This document shows positions 1 through 13,089 of a stretch of 64,000 bases of DNA, one piece after another. Origin of the DNA: Planktothrix sp. GU0601_MAG3 (lineage in GTDB: Bacteria > Cyanobacteriota > Cyanobacteriia > Cyanobacteriales > Microcoleaceae); assembly GCA_035193785.1 (NCBI GenBank), contig CP136572.1, positions 352,001-416,000 of the forward strand, read 5' to 3'. The notes beneath the pieces were generated by a model that saw only the letters and a program-made list of their open reading frames with translations, did no database searches and had not been told where the DNA came from. A program made the position numbers and the translations under genes. The first letter of the stretch is position 1, and each line of letters begins with the position of its first letter.

Positions 1-558
1 TTAACGATTCAGGCAACTGATGCCATAAGTGGGACTGCTGGCGCTGATAACTTAACCGGAACGGCGAAGGCGGACATCATCAATGGATTAGCTGGAAACG
101 ACAGCCTGAAAGGATTAGGCGAAAACGACGCCCTCGATGGAGGCGGTGGTGATGATCGTTTACATGGAGGACTCGGAAACGATCAACTTACGGGTGGACT
201 TGGTGCGGATAATTTTATCTACAATACCAATGCTGCCTTTGCGACTTCGGCGGTGGGTGTGGATACAATCACTGACTTTACTATTGCTCAAGGGGATAAA
301 ATTGTCTTAGATAAAACCACCTTTACCAGTATTAGCAGTATGGCGGGAACCGGGTTTTCTATTGCCAATGAATTTGCCCAAGTCACCACCGAAGCCTTAG
401 CTGCTACCAGTGCTGCCGATATTGTTTATAATACCGCGACGGGCGGATTATTCTACAATCCAAATGGCGCAGCCGCAGGTTTTGGTACCGGATCTAAATT
501 CCTCACCTTAACCAATAAACCTGCTTTAACAGCTAGTCAATTTCTCATTCAAGCGTGA
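1..558 (+). CDS. C-terminal part of an RTX/hemolysin-type Ca-binding repeat protein (5' truncated by the window edge)
   Basis: Frame open from base 1; GGxGxD-type nonapeptides (GLAGNDSL, GGGGDDRL, GGLGNDQL, GGLGADNF) followed by a GVDTITDF-type C-terminal domain. Confidence 0.85.
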   Translation, partial: LTIQATDAISGTAGADNLTGTAKADIINGLAGNDSLKGLGENDALDGGGGDDRLHGGLGNDQLTGGLGADNFIYNTNAAFATSAVGVDTITDFTIAQGDKIVLDKTTFTSISSMAGTGFSIANEFAQVTTEALAATSAADIVYNTATGGLFYNPNGAAAGFGTGSKFLTLTNKPALTASQFLIQA

Positions 559-567
559 ATCTAACGG

Positions 568-615
568 TGTTGTTGTGTTTAATGCCTAATCAAAATAGGG
601 TTAAACACAACAACA
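568..615. terminator. 15-bp perfect inverted repeat between convergent genes; candidate bidirectional terminator
   Basis: TGTTGTTGTGTTTAA (568-582) and TTAAACACAACAACA (601-615). Confidence 0.55.
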
Positions 616-620
616 TTGTC

Positions 621-1956
621 CTAACTTGATAAACGTCTCAACTGCACTTTTAAACCATCCCGGGGACGGGGAGTGGGAATCATGATCAGGTCTAAGGATT
701 GATTGGGTAACAGTTGCCAATCATAATTTCTCACTAACAATGCCGCAAATAATTTGATCTCTAATTTAGCAAATTCTTTGCCGATACATTCCCGCATTCC
801 GCCCCCAAAGGGAACCCAACTAAAGGGTTTGGGTTTATCTTCATTGCGGGCTTCGCTAAAGCGTTTCAGGATCGAATTCTTGCGGTTGAAAATAAACAGT
901 TTCATCTTGATGGGTTTTGGTAATTTGATATAAAACTGACCATCCTTTGGGGATAAAATAACCGTTATATTCACAATCTTGAATTACTTCTCGAAAACCG
1001 CCACCAACCGGAGACACAAACCGCAATACTTCTTTGATCACCTGTTCTAAATAGGTCATGGATTTTAAATTTTCAAAGGTGATGGGTTGGGTGGGATCAA
1101 ACTGTTGTTGTTCGGCTCTAATTTTTGCTATAATATCAGGACGCTGACCGACCTGTAAACAGAAGGATGCGATCGCCGAAGTTAAGGTTTCATGTCCGGC
1201 AAATAATAGGGTTAAAATCTGATCCTTGAGTTCCTCAATTCCGAGTTTGTTTCCGTCTTCATCCTGGGCTTGTAATAATAATCCCAAGGCATCTTCCCCA
1301 GACTGGGGTTGCTGCTGACGTTGACGAATTAGGGTTTCTATTTCTGTTAGTAATAACTGACGACGTTGCCAACCCCGATTAAATTTTGTTCCGGGTAAAC
1401 GTAGGGGAATGGTAAACAGTCCATTAGACCAATCTTCAAATAATGCTTCTAAATTGGTATCGGTGGCTTGCTGTTTTCCGATTAATAATTTACAGGCAAT
1501 ATCAAAGGTATATTTCCGTAATTCAGGATACCAAGTTAAGGTTGATTTTTGTTCCCATTTATGCAAATAAAGATGGGTAAAATCTTCCATAGTCGTAGCA
1601 TATCCGGCTAAAACTCTGGGTTGAAAGGCTTGGGATAATATTTTACGGCGAGACTTATGAACGTCTGCTAATTGCATTGATAATGCTCCTTTTCCTAATA
1701 ATATTCGGGTACTTGGGGGCCAAGCCGCAATAAAATATTTATTCTCATTGGCAAATAAAAACCGATTAGCTTCTGCACCCGTCATAGTTACCGTGGGACG
1801 ACCAAAAAGATGGGTTTTAAAAATTGATCCATATTGTTTTTGTCGCTTGTCAGCGAAATCAGGATCTCGCAAAAAACTAATGGTTTCACCAATAACAGGA
1901 AAACCCAACTTACCAGGGGGTAAAGGGAGAGAACTTATAGATTTAGTTGATGTCAT
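621..1956 (-). CDS. Cytochrome P450 (CYP120-like); one frameshift near 860
   Basis: LPPGxxGxP N-terminus, I-helix AGHETL, EVLR, and heme motif PFGGGMRECIG in the second frame. Confidence 0.9.
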
Positions 1957-2038
1957 AGTCAGGGTAATTGCTTAACTTGAATTGAAATGATAGGATTGGG
2001 TAATGATCAAAATGCTAACACTATTTCCATAAAAGATC

Positions 2039-2713
2039 ATGAATTACGGCCCTTCCCCCCAGACCCGTTATCCCATCCCCGAACAAACTCGATTAGTGTA
2101 TCTGAAAACCATTATTAAAAATCCGAATATTATTGTCGGGGATTATACTTATTATGATGATTTCGAGAACCCAGAAAACTTTGAAAAGAATGTTTTATAC
2201 CATTTTGATTTTATCGGAGATCAATTAATTATTGGTAAATTCTGTGCGATCGCTTCTGATGTTAAATTTATTATGAATGGCGGGAATCATCGCACGGATT
2301 GGTTAACAAATTATCCTTTTCCGGTATTTGGAAACGGTTGGGAATCTGCCATGCCTGATTCCTGGCCATTTAAAGGAAATACGGTAATTGGCAATGATGT
2401 TTGGATCGGATATGGGGCCACAATTATGCCTGGAATTAATATTGGGGATGGGGCAATTATTGGGACTCAATCGGTTGTTACCCGGGATGTTCCTCCCTAT
2501 ACAATTGTGGGGGGAAATCCCGCTAAAGAAATTCGTAAACGGTTTAAAGATTCTGTGATTGAAGAACTATTAAATATCCGATGGTGGGATTGGGATATTC
2601 AGAAAATTACTCGTTATCTTCAAGGGATTTGTGGGGCGGATATTGAGGCGTTACGTCAGGTTTTAGATACTGACAGGACTTACGCAGAATACCCAATTAT
2701 ACACCATCTGTAG
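2039..2713 (+). CDS. Vat/CatB-family hexapeptide O-acetyltransferase
   Basis: VGDYTYY, LIIGKFCAIA, IGNDVWIG, VGGNPAK and WWDW motifs. Confidence 0.85.
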   Translation: MNYGPSPQTRYPIPEQTRLVYLKTIIKNPNIIVGDYTYYDDFENPENFEKNVLYHFDFIGDQLIIGKFCAIASDVKFIMNGGNHRTDWLTNYPFPVFGNGWESAMPDSWPFKGNTVIGNDVWIGYGATIMPGINIGDGAIIGTQSVVTRDVPPYTIVGGNPAKEIRKRFKDSVIEELLNIRWWDWDIQKITRYLQGICGADIEALRQVLDTDRTYAEYPIIHHL

Positions 2714-2765
2714 GGGCGAATGGCCATTCGCCCCTACTAGATATGGTTGTTTTGCGTAAGTCCTG
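2674..2765. mobile_element. 92-bp MITE-like element with 13-bp terminal inverted repeats, 6-bp target-site duplication and an internal REP palindrome
   Basis: CAGGACTTACGCA...TGCGTAAGTCCTG flanked on both sides by TACTGA (2668-2673, 2766-2771). Confidence 0.75.
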
Positions 2766-2887
2766 TACTGAGTAAAGCAGGTTGTGATGGTAGGGATAAT
2801 TCATGAATTGCCCCCGCGACAAGGATTAAATTTCAAGTTCAAGAAATATTACAATCTAATCCTTGTAGTGGGGGAAGGGTGCAAAAA

Positions 2888-4599
<1,712 letters not shown>

Positions 4600-4995
4600 C
4601 TATTCGTCGATCAACGAATTTAGGCACTACAAGGTTGACCCACAAACAGGAGAATCTCAAAATTGCCTCTAACTACATACTCACCGACTTGAATTTGACC
4701 TGTTTCTAGGGTCTTTTCTAAATAATATCTCGTCCAATCTGCTAAATCCTTGGGAAATACATCCTCATGCTTCATTGACTATCATAGGTTTGGGACTCTA
4801 GGGGAGAAAACCATTCTGGATCATCTTTCGGTATGCTTGGGGCGAGTGCTTCTGGGTTGCGAAGGATGTCGATAATGGCACTGGTATCACGTTCTTTGGT
4901 GGAACATAGTAACACACCTTTTGCCCAGAGGGATAATTTTAAATATTTCAAATAATATTAAAAAAGTGTTGGGGGTCTTGAGCAGTGATGATGGA

Positions 4996-5643
4996 TTAAG
5001 GATTAATAGTACCCATTAACCAGCGTGTAATGGCTCCATCATCTTCGGTTTGGGAACGTTGCAATACTTCAATAACTAAAGCCATATTTAATCCGGGTAA
5101 AACTTGGGATTCTTCGATTAATCGACTCCCTTGGTTTTCAACAGCAAATGCTAAAATTGTATTATCTTCGACATTCACAACCCAAGATTCTTGGATTCCT
5201 AGCTTTTCATAGAGTAATCGTTTGCGACCAATATCATCTACAAAGGAAGATGCGGCTATTTCAACAATTAAGTTGGGGGAGGTAAATTCATCTAAATTAA
5301 TCGGGGAATTATTGCGCGGGGGAAATGGGAAGTTATCCCCAATATAAAATCCCATATCGGGTTGACTTTCTCGCATTCCGGTTTTTCTAAAGGATGTGTT
5401 AGTAAATCCGGTGATCCGAATATTTTTAATTGCCGCATAAACTAAGATTACCGTTGACAGAATTGTGTTGTCATGTCCGTGTGCTGAACCTAGTGGTGCC
5501 ATTTCTATCCTTACATATCCTTGATCATAATAAAACCTACCCTCAGCATACTGAGGATTCTCGGTTAAGGCTAAAAATTCTTCCCAGGTCGCTTTTACCC
5601 AGGTATCCGTTGCTATGGCAATTAAAGGAGGAGCTTGAACCAT
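4996..5643 (-). CDS. Uma2-family (DUF820) endonuclease-like protein
   Basis: QPD...PNLIVEIA...DIGRKRLLYEKLGIQESWVVN pattern. Confidence 0.85.
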   Translation of the reverse strand: MVQAPPLIAIATDTWVKATWEEFLALTENPQYAEGRFYYDQGYVRIEMAPLGSAHGHDNTILSTVILVYAAIKNIRITGFTNTSFRKTGMRESQPDMGFYIGDNFPFPPRNNSPINLDEFTSPNLIVEIAASSFVDDIGRKRLLYEKLGIQESWVVNVEDNTILAFAVENQGSRLIEESQVLPGLNMALVIEVLQRSQTEDDGAITRWLMGTINP

Positions 5644-5684
5644 TATTAACACCTAAACCTTAAATTTAGCGTTTGTATATATAA

Positions 5685-6200
5685 TTATAACTGCCCAAAC
5701 CAATCTTGACCACCTGATAATTGAGCTAATTCTTGATCAATGGGGTTGGGTAATTCTTTGACGGTATATTCATAGGTCAAATTCAGCAATTTTTTTCCGG
5801 TTTCTAATAATAGGTTGCGATCAATCATAGCTGACAGTTGAGTGGATTTTAAACTTCCGCCTAAAACTTCTATACTAGCGGGACGAATGGCTTGTTCTAT
5901 GGCTTCCTCCAGATAGGATTGCCATTGATCGGCTTGAATATAATAGGAATTTTTATTGTCTTTTAAATTTAGTTTTTTGATTTGGATAATAGAATCAGAT
6001 ATTGAAGCAATCCAAGAATTTGTTAATCGCTTTTCAATTTGATTTTTAATCAAATGGATAAACAGCCGAACCAGGAAAGATTCTATGTTTCTCAGGATTG
6101 CTTGTTTTCCCATATCTTCTAGTTCATTAATAATCAGTAAAGCATCTTGATAACGTTCTTCTAGGATACATTTTTTTAGATCGGTTAGTTCCTGCATCAT
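5685..6200 (-). CDS. DUF29-family protein
   Basis: ELEDMGK...RLFIHLIK...SWIASI pattern of cyanobacterial DUF29-like proteins. Confidence 0.7.
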   Translation of the reverse strand: MMQELTDLKKCILEERYQDALLIINELEDMGKQAILRNIESFLVRLFIHLIKNQIEKRLTNSWIASISDSIIQIKKLNLKDNKNSYYIQADQWQSYLEEAIEQAIRPASIEVLGGSLKSTQLSAMIDRNLLLETGKKLLNLTYEYTVKELPNPIDQELAQLSGGQDWFGQL

Positions 6201-6292
6201 TATTTTATCCTGATTTTGAATAATTCTAACAAAAGTCTTGTTATAATAGGATTATAGCAATTAATTTTTTATATTCAAGTCTCAGTCTAATT

Positions 6293-8153
6293 ATGTCATC
6301 TGTTACCACTACTCCTCTAGTTAAAGATCCTGAACGGTTAGAAAAACAATTGCGAGATATACCTCCGGTTCCGGGGGTGTATTTAATGCGAGATGGTCAG
6401 GATAATATTCTTTATATTGGTAAGTCTAAAAAATTGCGATCGCGGGTGCGTTCCTATTTTCGAGAACAGCATCATCACACACCCAGAATTTCTTTGATGG
6501 TACAACAAATTACCGAGATAGAGTTTATTATTACCGATACGGAAGCGGAAGCCTTAGCCTTAGAAGCTAATTTAGTTAAACAACATCAACCCCATTTTAA
6601 TGTTCTGCTCAAGGATGATAAAAAATATCCCTATTTGTGTATTACTTGGTCGGAGGATTATCCGCGAATTTTTATTACTCGTAAACGGCGTTTAGGCAAT
6701 ATTAAAGACCGTTATTATGGCCCCTATGTGGATACTCGGGTATTAAGAAATACGTTGCATTTAACCAAACGGATTTTTCCCCTGCGTCAACGTCCTAAAC
6801 CGTTATTTAAAGATCGTCCCTGTTTAAATTATGATATTGGTCGCTGTCCGGGGGTTTGTCAACTATTGATTTCCCCTGAAGACTATCGAAAAATTGTGCA
6901 AAAAGTGGCGATGATTTTTCAGGGGAGATCGGGAGAATTGGTTGATCATTTAACGGAACAAATGGAACAAGCCTCGGAAGTCTTAAACTTTGAAATGGCG
7001 GCGATTATTCGGGATCAAATTCATGGGTTACAGTCTTTAAATGCAGAACAAAAGGTGTCTTTACCCGATGATCGAGTGTCCCGTGATGCGATCGCCTTGG
7101 CGGCTAATTCTCAACAATCCTGTGTGCAGTTATTTCAAATTCGCGCCGGAAAATTAGTCGGAAGGTTAGGGTTTACCGCCCAGGTTTCCCCCGGAGTTAA
7201 AATTAACGGAAATGGGGTTAATTTTACAACGAGTTTTAGAGGAACATTATCAATGTGTTGATCCGGTGGAAATTCCCAATGAAATATTAGTTCAATATGA
7301 GTTACCCGATGAATCTATTTTAACGGATTGGTTGAGCGATCGCAAGGGGAAAAAAGTCACGATTTTAACCCCCCAACGTCAGGTTAAAGCCGATTTAATT
7401 GAAATGGTAGAACGGAATGCGGAATATGAATTGGAACGGGTACAAAAGTTAAGTGATCGTAACACCTTAGCCCTGGAAGATTTAGCAGCAATTCTCGATT
7501 TACCCGACCTTCCCCACCGGATTGAAGGTTATGATATTTCCCATATTCAAGGGTCGGATGCGGTCGCCTCCCGGGTGGTATTTATTCAAGGTTTACCCGC
7601 CCAACAATACTATCGTCATTATAAGATTAAAAACCCCACGGTTCACGCCGGACATTCCGATGATTTTGCTAGTTTAGCAGAAGTGATTGGGCGTCGTTGT
7701 CGAGACTATGCTACTTCAACCGATAAACCGGATTTAATTATGATTGATGGCGGAAAAGGTCAACTTTCGGCGGTGGTTTCTGTCTTAGAAAAACTGGATT
7801 TATTAGAAGAAATTCGCGTAGTTAGTTTAGCTAAACAACGGGAGGAAATTTTTCTACCCGGGGAAAGTTTACCCTTGGAAACCGACCCGGAACAACCCGG
7901 AGTTCAACTATTAAGAAGATTGCGAGATGAAGCCCATCGGTTTGCGGTTAGTTTCCATAGAAATCAACGGACTCAAAGGATGAAGCGATCGCATTTAGAT
8001 GATATTACCGGGTTAGGACATCATCGTCAAAAATTATTATTAGCTCATTTTCGTTCCTTGGAATATATTAGAATAGCTACCCCAGAACAGTTAGCAGAAG
8101 TGTCAGGAATTGGGCCGAAATTAGCCCAAGAAATCTATAATTATTTCCATTAA
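6293..8153 (+). CDS. uvrC: Excinuclease ABC subunit C (frameshift near 7210)
   Basis: GIY-YIG (PGVYLM...LYIGKSK), [27 protein letters not shown] and C-terminal HhH. Confidence 0.95.
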
Positions 8154-8154
8154 A

Positions 8155-8248
8155 GTAGTGAGTCCTTTAGGACTCAGACAGCCCTGAAGGGCTTACTACT
8201 TGTAGTGAGTCCTTTAGGACTCAGACAGCCCTGAAGGGCTTACTACTT
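8155..8248. repeat. Two tandem 47-bp GTAG REP-like units
   Basis: GTAGTGAGTCCTTTAGGACTCAGACAGCCCTGAAGGGCTTACTACTT x2. Confidence 0.8.
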
Positions 8249-11035
8249 TTTGGTGTGAGGGAATTTCAATAATAAACTCTGTTCCCTGACCTAGTTCTGA
8301 ATTACATTGAATTGAACCTTTGTGTTTTTCCACAATAATTTGATAACTAATTGATAAACCCAACCCCGTTCCTTTACCGACGGGTTTGGTGGTAAAAAAG
8401 GGATTAAACAAGTTAGATTTTATATTTTCTGACATTCCCACACCATTATCTGCGATTTTAATTATAACTTTATTTTGATCAAAAAACTCAGTCTCAATCG
8501 TAATTTGATCTGTATTTTGTTGATCTCTAATTGGAGAGTGATCACGGGCATCTTGTAAAGCATCAATAGCATTAGAAATTAAATTCATAAACACTTGATT
8601 TAATTGTCCTACATAACATTCTACCAAGGGAATATCACCGTATTTTTTAATCACCTTAACCCCTCGATGTTGAACATTTTCTTTTAAACGACTTTGTAAA
8701 ATTAATAACGTATTATCAATTCCTTCATGAATATTAACTTTCTTCATTTCGGCTTCATCCAACCGTGAAAAATTACGCAGGGAAAGTACAATTTCTCTAA
8801 TGCGGTTCGATCCCATTTTCATAGAATTGATAATATTTGGAAAATCTTCAATTAAAAAATCAAGTTCCACTTCCTCCACAAAATCAATAATTTCGGCCGG
8901 GGGTTCGGGATAATGGGTTTGATAGATGTTAACTAAACTTAATAAATTTTCTGTATATTCCTGAGCATGAATTAAGTTTCCCATAAATAAAGTTAACCGG
9001 ATTATTAATTTCATGGGCAACCCCGGCTACCAATTGACCCAAACTCGACATTTTTTCTGCTTGAATTAATTGGGTTTGAGCTTTGCGAAAATCGACTAGG
9101 GCAACTTCGGCTTCTTCCTTGGCTTTTCGCATTGCTTCCTCCGCGTTTTTTCTATCTGTTATATCCGTAATCGTACCGACATAACCAATAACTTCTCCAT
9201 CAGAATTTATTTCCGCAGCAGCTTGACCATAAACCCAAGTAATCTTACCATCGGGACGTTCTAGGCGATATTCATAATTAAATTGAACGCGATTTTTAGC
9301 ACAGGTTTCCCATTTCTGAAAGACGGAGATTCTATCTTCGGAATAAATTGCCCGCGACCAACCTTCTCCCATGGCTTCTGTTCCGGTTAAGCCAGCAATT
9401 TCACACCATCTTTGATTCACATAAAGGCAATTTCCCTGGGTGTCAGTATGGAAAATTCCCACCGGAGAAACTTCAGCTAATGTTGCATAAAGTTTTTGAG
9501 TATTCTGCAATATTTGTTCCATATTCCGTTGTTCGGTGACATCTACACCTACACTGACAATATAGTCAATTTCTTTGGCTTCATTTAGGAGAACGGTATC
9601 CGACCAACTAATAATTCTCTGATTTCCATTTTTGGTAATCCAACGGGATTCGTAATATTTAGGAAATTGATCAATCAGTAAAAAGGCAAAATTTGCTTTC
9701 ACTTTAGAGGCTTCCTCTGGGCTTAAAAATATATCCCAAACATAGCAATTTCTAATTTCATCAAAGCTGTATTGAGTTGTTTGTTCAAAGGCGCGATTAA
9801 ATCGAATAATTCGACCTTTTGCATCCATTAAAATCACTAAAGCTCCAGCGATATCTAAAATGGCTGAAATAAAACTTCGCTCTTTTTCAATGGCTGTAAA
9901 TAACTCGTCAATTTGAGTGGTCATTTGATTAAAAGCTGTAGCTAATATGCCCAATTCATTAGAACACTGCACATCAACTTTTGTTTTCAAATCTCCTTGA
10001 CTAATTTTGATCACGGCGTTGGTTAATTGTTTGAGGGGGAAAATAATTTGCCGACTATGAAATATGCCTATACCTGTAGCAAACCCTGTAATTAAAATAA
10101 CCGTTACTCCCATAACAAAAATCATCTGATAAATGGGGCCATAGGCTTCTTTAATCGGAAGTTCAACGACTAAAAACCAATTCACACTAGGAATCATGGC
10201 TGTCGCGCCCAAAACCTCTACATTTTTCAATCCTAGATAACGATTTATATTTAATTTTTTATGATCTAAAGCCTCTTGGATAGAATCAATGATCCTATTA
10301 TTTTTGAGATTCTGAATATTAAATATTTTAGACCTATTGTTAGAAGCAGTAAAGACTTGATTTCGTTCATCCACAAGATAAACATATCCAGTTTTACCCA
10401 CTTGAGTATGAGACAGAATAAAACTGAGAAAACTTAGGTCAATTTCAGTGAATAAAACCCCATTAATCTGATCGAATTTATCTCGAATGGGAAACGGACA
10501 TCACCATTTTATATTTTTGATCACTCGGGTCAAATTCAATTGTTCCTACATAATCTTCCTGTTGTTTAAAGGGTCGAATAAATAATGGAGAATCGGTATA
10601 GTTTTTATTTAAAATTTGACCATCAGTAAGTATAGATGTGATCACCTTTCCTTGAGAATTTAAGATGGCTACCAAATGATAGGCGTCATTATGACGAACT
10701 AATCCTTCTATCAAGTTTTTTTGAATATCTGGGGGTAAATCAGTTAAGCCCTTAACCCGGGCTAAAAAATTTAATTTTCGTTGCAGATCATCTAAATAGT
10801 TATTGATTTGATAGGCTATAACTTGCGATCGCTCTCCTTGTATGGATTGCAACTGCCTCATCTGAGATTTATAACTCAGATAAATCAATAATCCCCCACT
10901 ACTTAAAACACTAATCAATCCCACAAGGAGTAAACTCCCACGGAGTTGTTTAGCTAGGGAAAAAAACCTCGGGGTGGAAAAGGAAAAAGAACCCCCAATC
11001 TTAGATAAAAAATGATGTTTCTCCGCTTGACTCAT
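8214..11035 (-). CDS. Membrane sensor histidine kinase (Cache-HAMP-PAS-PAS-HisKA-HATPase), split by two frameshifts
   Basis: Two TM segments, HAMP (NELGILATAFNQM), PAS/PAC repeats, H-box VAHEINNP, FFTTKPVGKGTGLGLS. Confidence 0.85.
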
Positions 11036-11067
11036 AATTTTTTCAATAACAGGGAACTAATCCATTT

Positions 11068-12103
11068 TTATTTATTGTAATCTGTTGTTAGCCCGGAAGG
11101 GGTAATATCAATTTTTCCCGTTACTACTTGCTGTTTTATCTGATTAAATTTGGCTTCTTCTTCGGCTGTTAAAGTGCCTCTAAAGGGGGCAAAATCATAA
11201 ATTTGTTCCCGTAGTCCATATTTATATTGTTTGCCTTCCCAGCGTCCTTGCTGCACTAAGGTAGCAATTTTTAAGACTAATTCAGGAATATTCTGTAGGA
11301 CACTGGTTAAAATTTTGCCCGGGACTAAGTTATATTTATCTTTCGTCCAACCAATCCCATAAACCTCTGGTTTTTCACTGGCTAACTTTAAAGCTGAAAT
11401 TCCTGCTTCATCTGCGTTAATTGCCATAATATCTACTCCTTTTTTCAACCAATCTAGGGCGACTTTATTACCTTTTTCTGCATCTGTCCAAGTCTGCAAA
11501 AATTGAGTATAGACTTCAATATTTGGTTTGGTTGCAGTTGCTCCTCGCCTAAATAATTCTGCTTCTTCTCGATAAACAGGGTAATCATATCCCACCATGT
11601 AACCGACTTTATTGGTTTTGGTTTTTATGGCGGCTAATGCTCCAGTTAGATAACCTACTTCCCCGGAAACGAAAAGCAACTGCTCCCAAATTTTTATTAT
11701 TCCCAGAATAGCTTGTCACTACAGCAAATTTGATATCTGGAAAATCTTTAGCCACCTTTTCCATTGCTTTAATATAACCACCACCATGACCAATAATTAA
11801 ATCATATCCCTGTTGGGCATAGCTACGAATTAATGCTTCATCGCCAGTTTCTGGGGCATTTTCCGTATAGGTGATTTCAGCATTATATTGCTTTTCAATT
11901 AATTTTAATCCTTCATAATTAGCTTGACTCCAACTTCCATCTTCTATGGAACCAGTGAAAATACTCGCCACTCTAAATTGGAATTGACTCTGGGAATCGG
12001 AGGTTGTTAATTGTTCTTGATTCCACTGACTACAACTGACTATAATCACTAATGTGATCATTCCTAGCAGGATATTGGTCAAGAATTTTGGTATTTGCCG
12101 CAT
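11068..12103 (-). CDS. BMP-family (PnrA/Med-like) substrate-binding lipoprotein (frameshift near 11670)
   Basis: Lipobox IVSC, DGSWSQANYEGL, YDLIIGHG and GYLTGALAA motifs. Confidence 0.85.
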
Positions 12104-12131
12104 ACAATTCCTGAAGTTAAGGGGAATTACG

Positions 12132-12187
12132 AATGGGTAATGGGTAATGGGTAATGGGTAATGGGTAATGGGTAATGGGTAATGGGT
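12132..12187. repeat. Heptamer tandem repeat (AATGGGT)x8, cyanobacterial STRR type
   Basis: Direct inspection. Confidence 0.9.
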
Positions 12188-12365
12188 AATAGTATTTACC
12201 TCATAATAAATTATGGATAGCCAATATTTAAGTATTGAATATTACATTAAATTCTATTAACTGGAAATTGTAATTGCACCCTTATACTCTTTTTGTCTGA
12301 TATTAACAGAGTTTTTTCCTAAAAACAACAAGGAAGCCTCACTGCCTCCTTGCTATTTTTGGGAT

Positions 12366-12960
12366 TTAACTTGCCCAATTCAAATAGGGCAATTTTGTGG
12401 CGGTGGCTTGAATTTGCTCAAAATTAGCAATTAATTGTCCGCAACTATCCCACATTCCGGTAATAAAAGATTGACGGGAAACCTGCATTCATATTCACAT
12501 CAATAGTTAACTCTCCACAGTGGACTTTCATGGATTCTAAATCTAGGTTAAGAGCTACTTGAGGATTGGCTTTTAAAGCTTCTTGAACTGCCTTGACATC
12601 CTCTGGTTTGGCGGTGACACAGGGAACCCCAATCGAGACACAGTTTCCCAAGAATATTTCGGCAAAACTTTCTCCAATAATCGCTTGAATCCCCCATTTG
12701 GCAATAGCTTGGGGGGCGTGTTCCCGGGAGGAACCACAACCAAAATTAGCATTAACTACTAATATATTTGCCCCTTGATATTCGGGCAAATCAAAGGCGT
12801 GTTTTCCCTGCATTTGTTGGCGGTCATCGGCAAAAACTTTTTCCCCTAATCCATCAAAGGTAACAGACCGTAAAAACCGCGCCGGAATAATCCGGTCGGT
12901 ATCAATATCACTGCCAACTAAAGCAATTCCTGTTCCCGAAATACTTTGAATTTTACTCAT
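12366..12960 (-). CDS. leuD: 3-isopropylmalate dehydratase small subunit (frameshift near 12480)
   Basis: [27 protein letters not shown]; ends LPYLNWAS. Confidence 0.93.
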
Positions 12961-13089
12961 TGTTGAAGTTCCGTAATTTATGTTAAGAATTGACCCCACC
13001 TTAATTTTCCCCTTGGTAAGAGGAGGGAATAAGAGTAAGAATTGACTCTGTTTCCCCACCTTTTTCAAGGGGGCTAGGGGCTGAAGTGC

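Noticed and set aside
2039..2713. Acquired streptogramin resistance gene
   Set aside because: Vat/CatB-like genes are common chromosomal genes, this one contains a HIP1 site, and its substrate cannot be inferred from the sequence.
4620..4920. Short minus-strand frames resembling a PAS-domain fragment
   Set aside because: Under 55 aa with weak similarity; at most a gene remnant.
8155..8248. Possible mini-CRISPR
   Set aside because: Two identical adjacent units without a unique spacer; REP-like.
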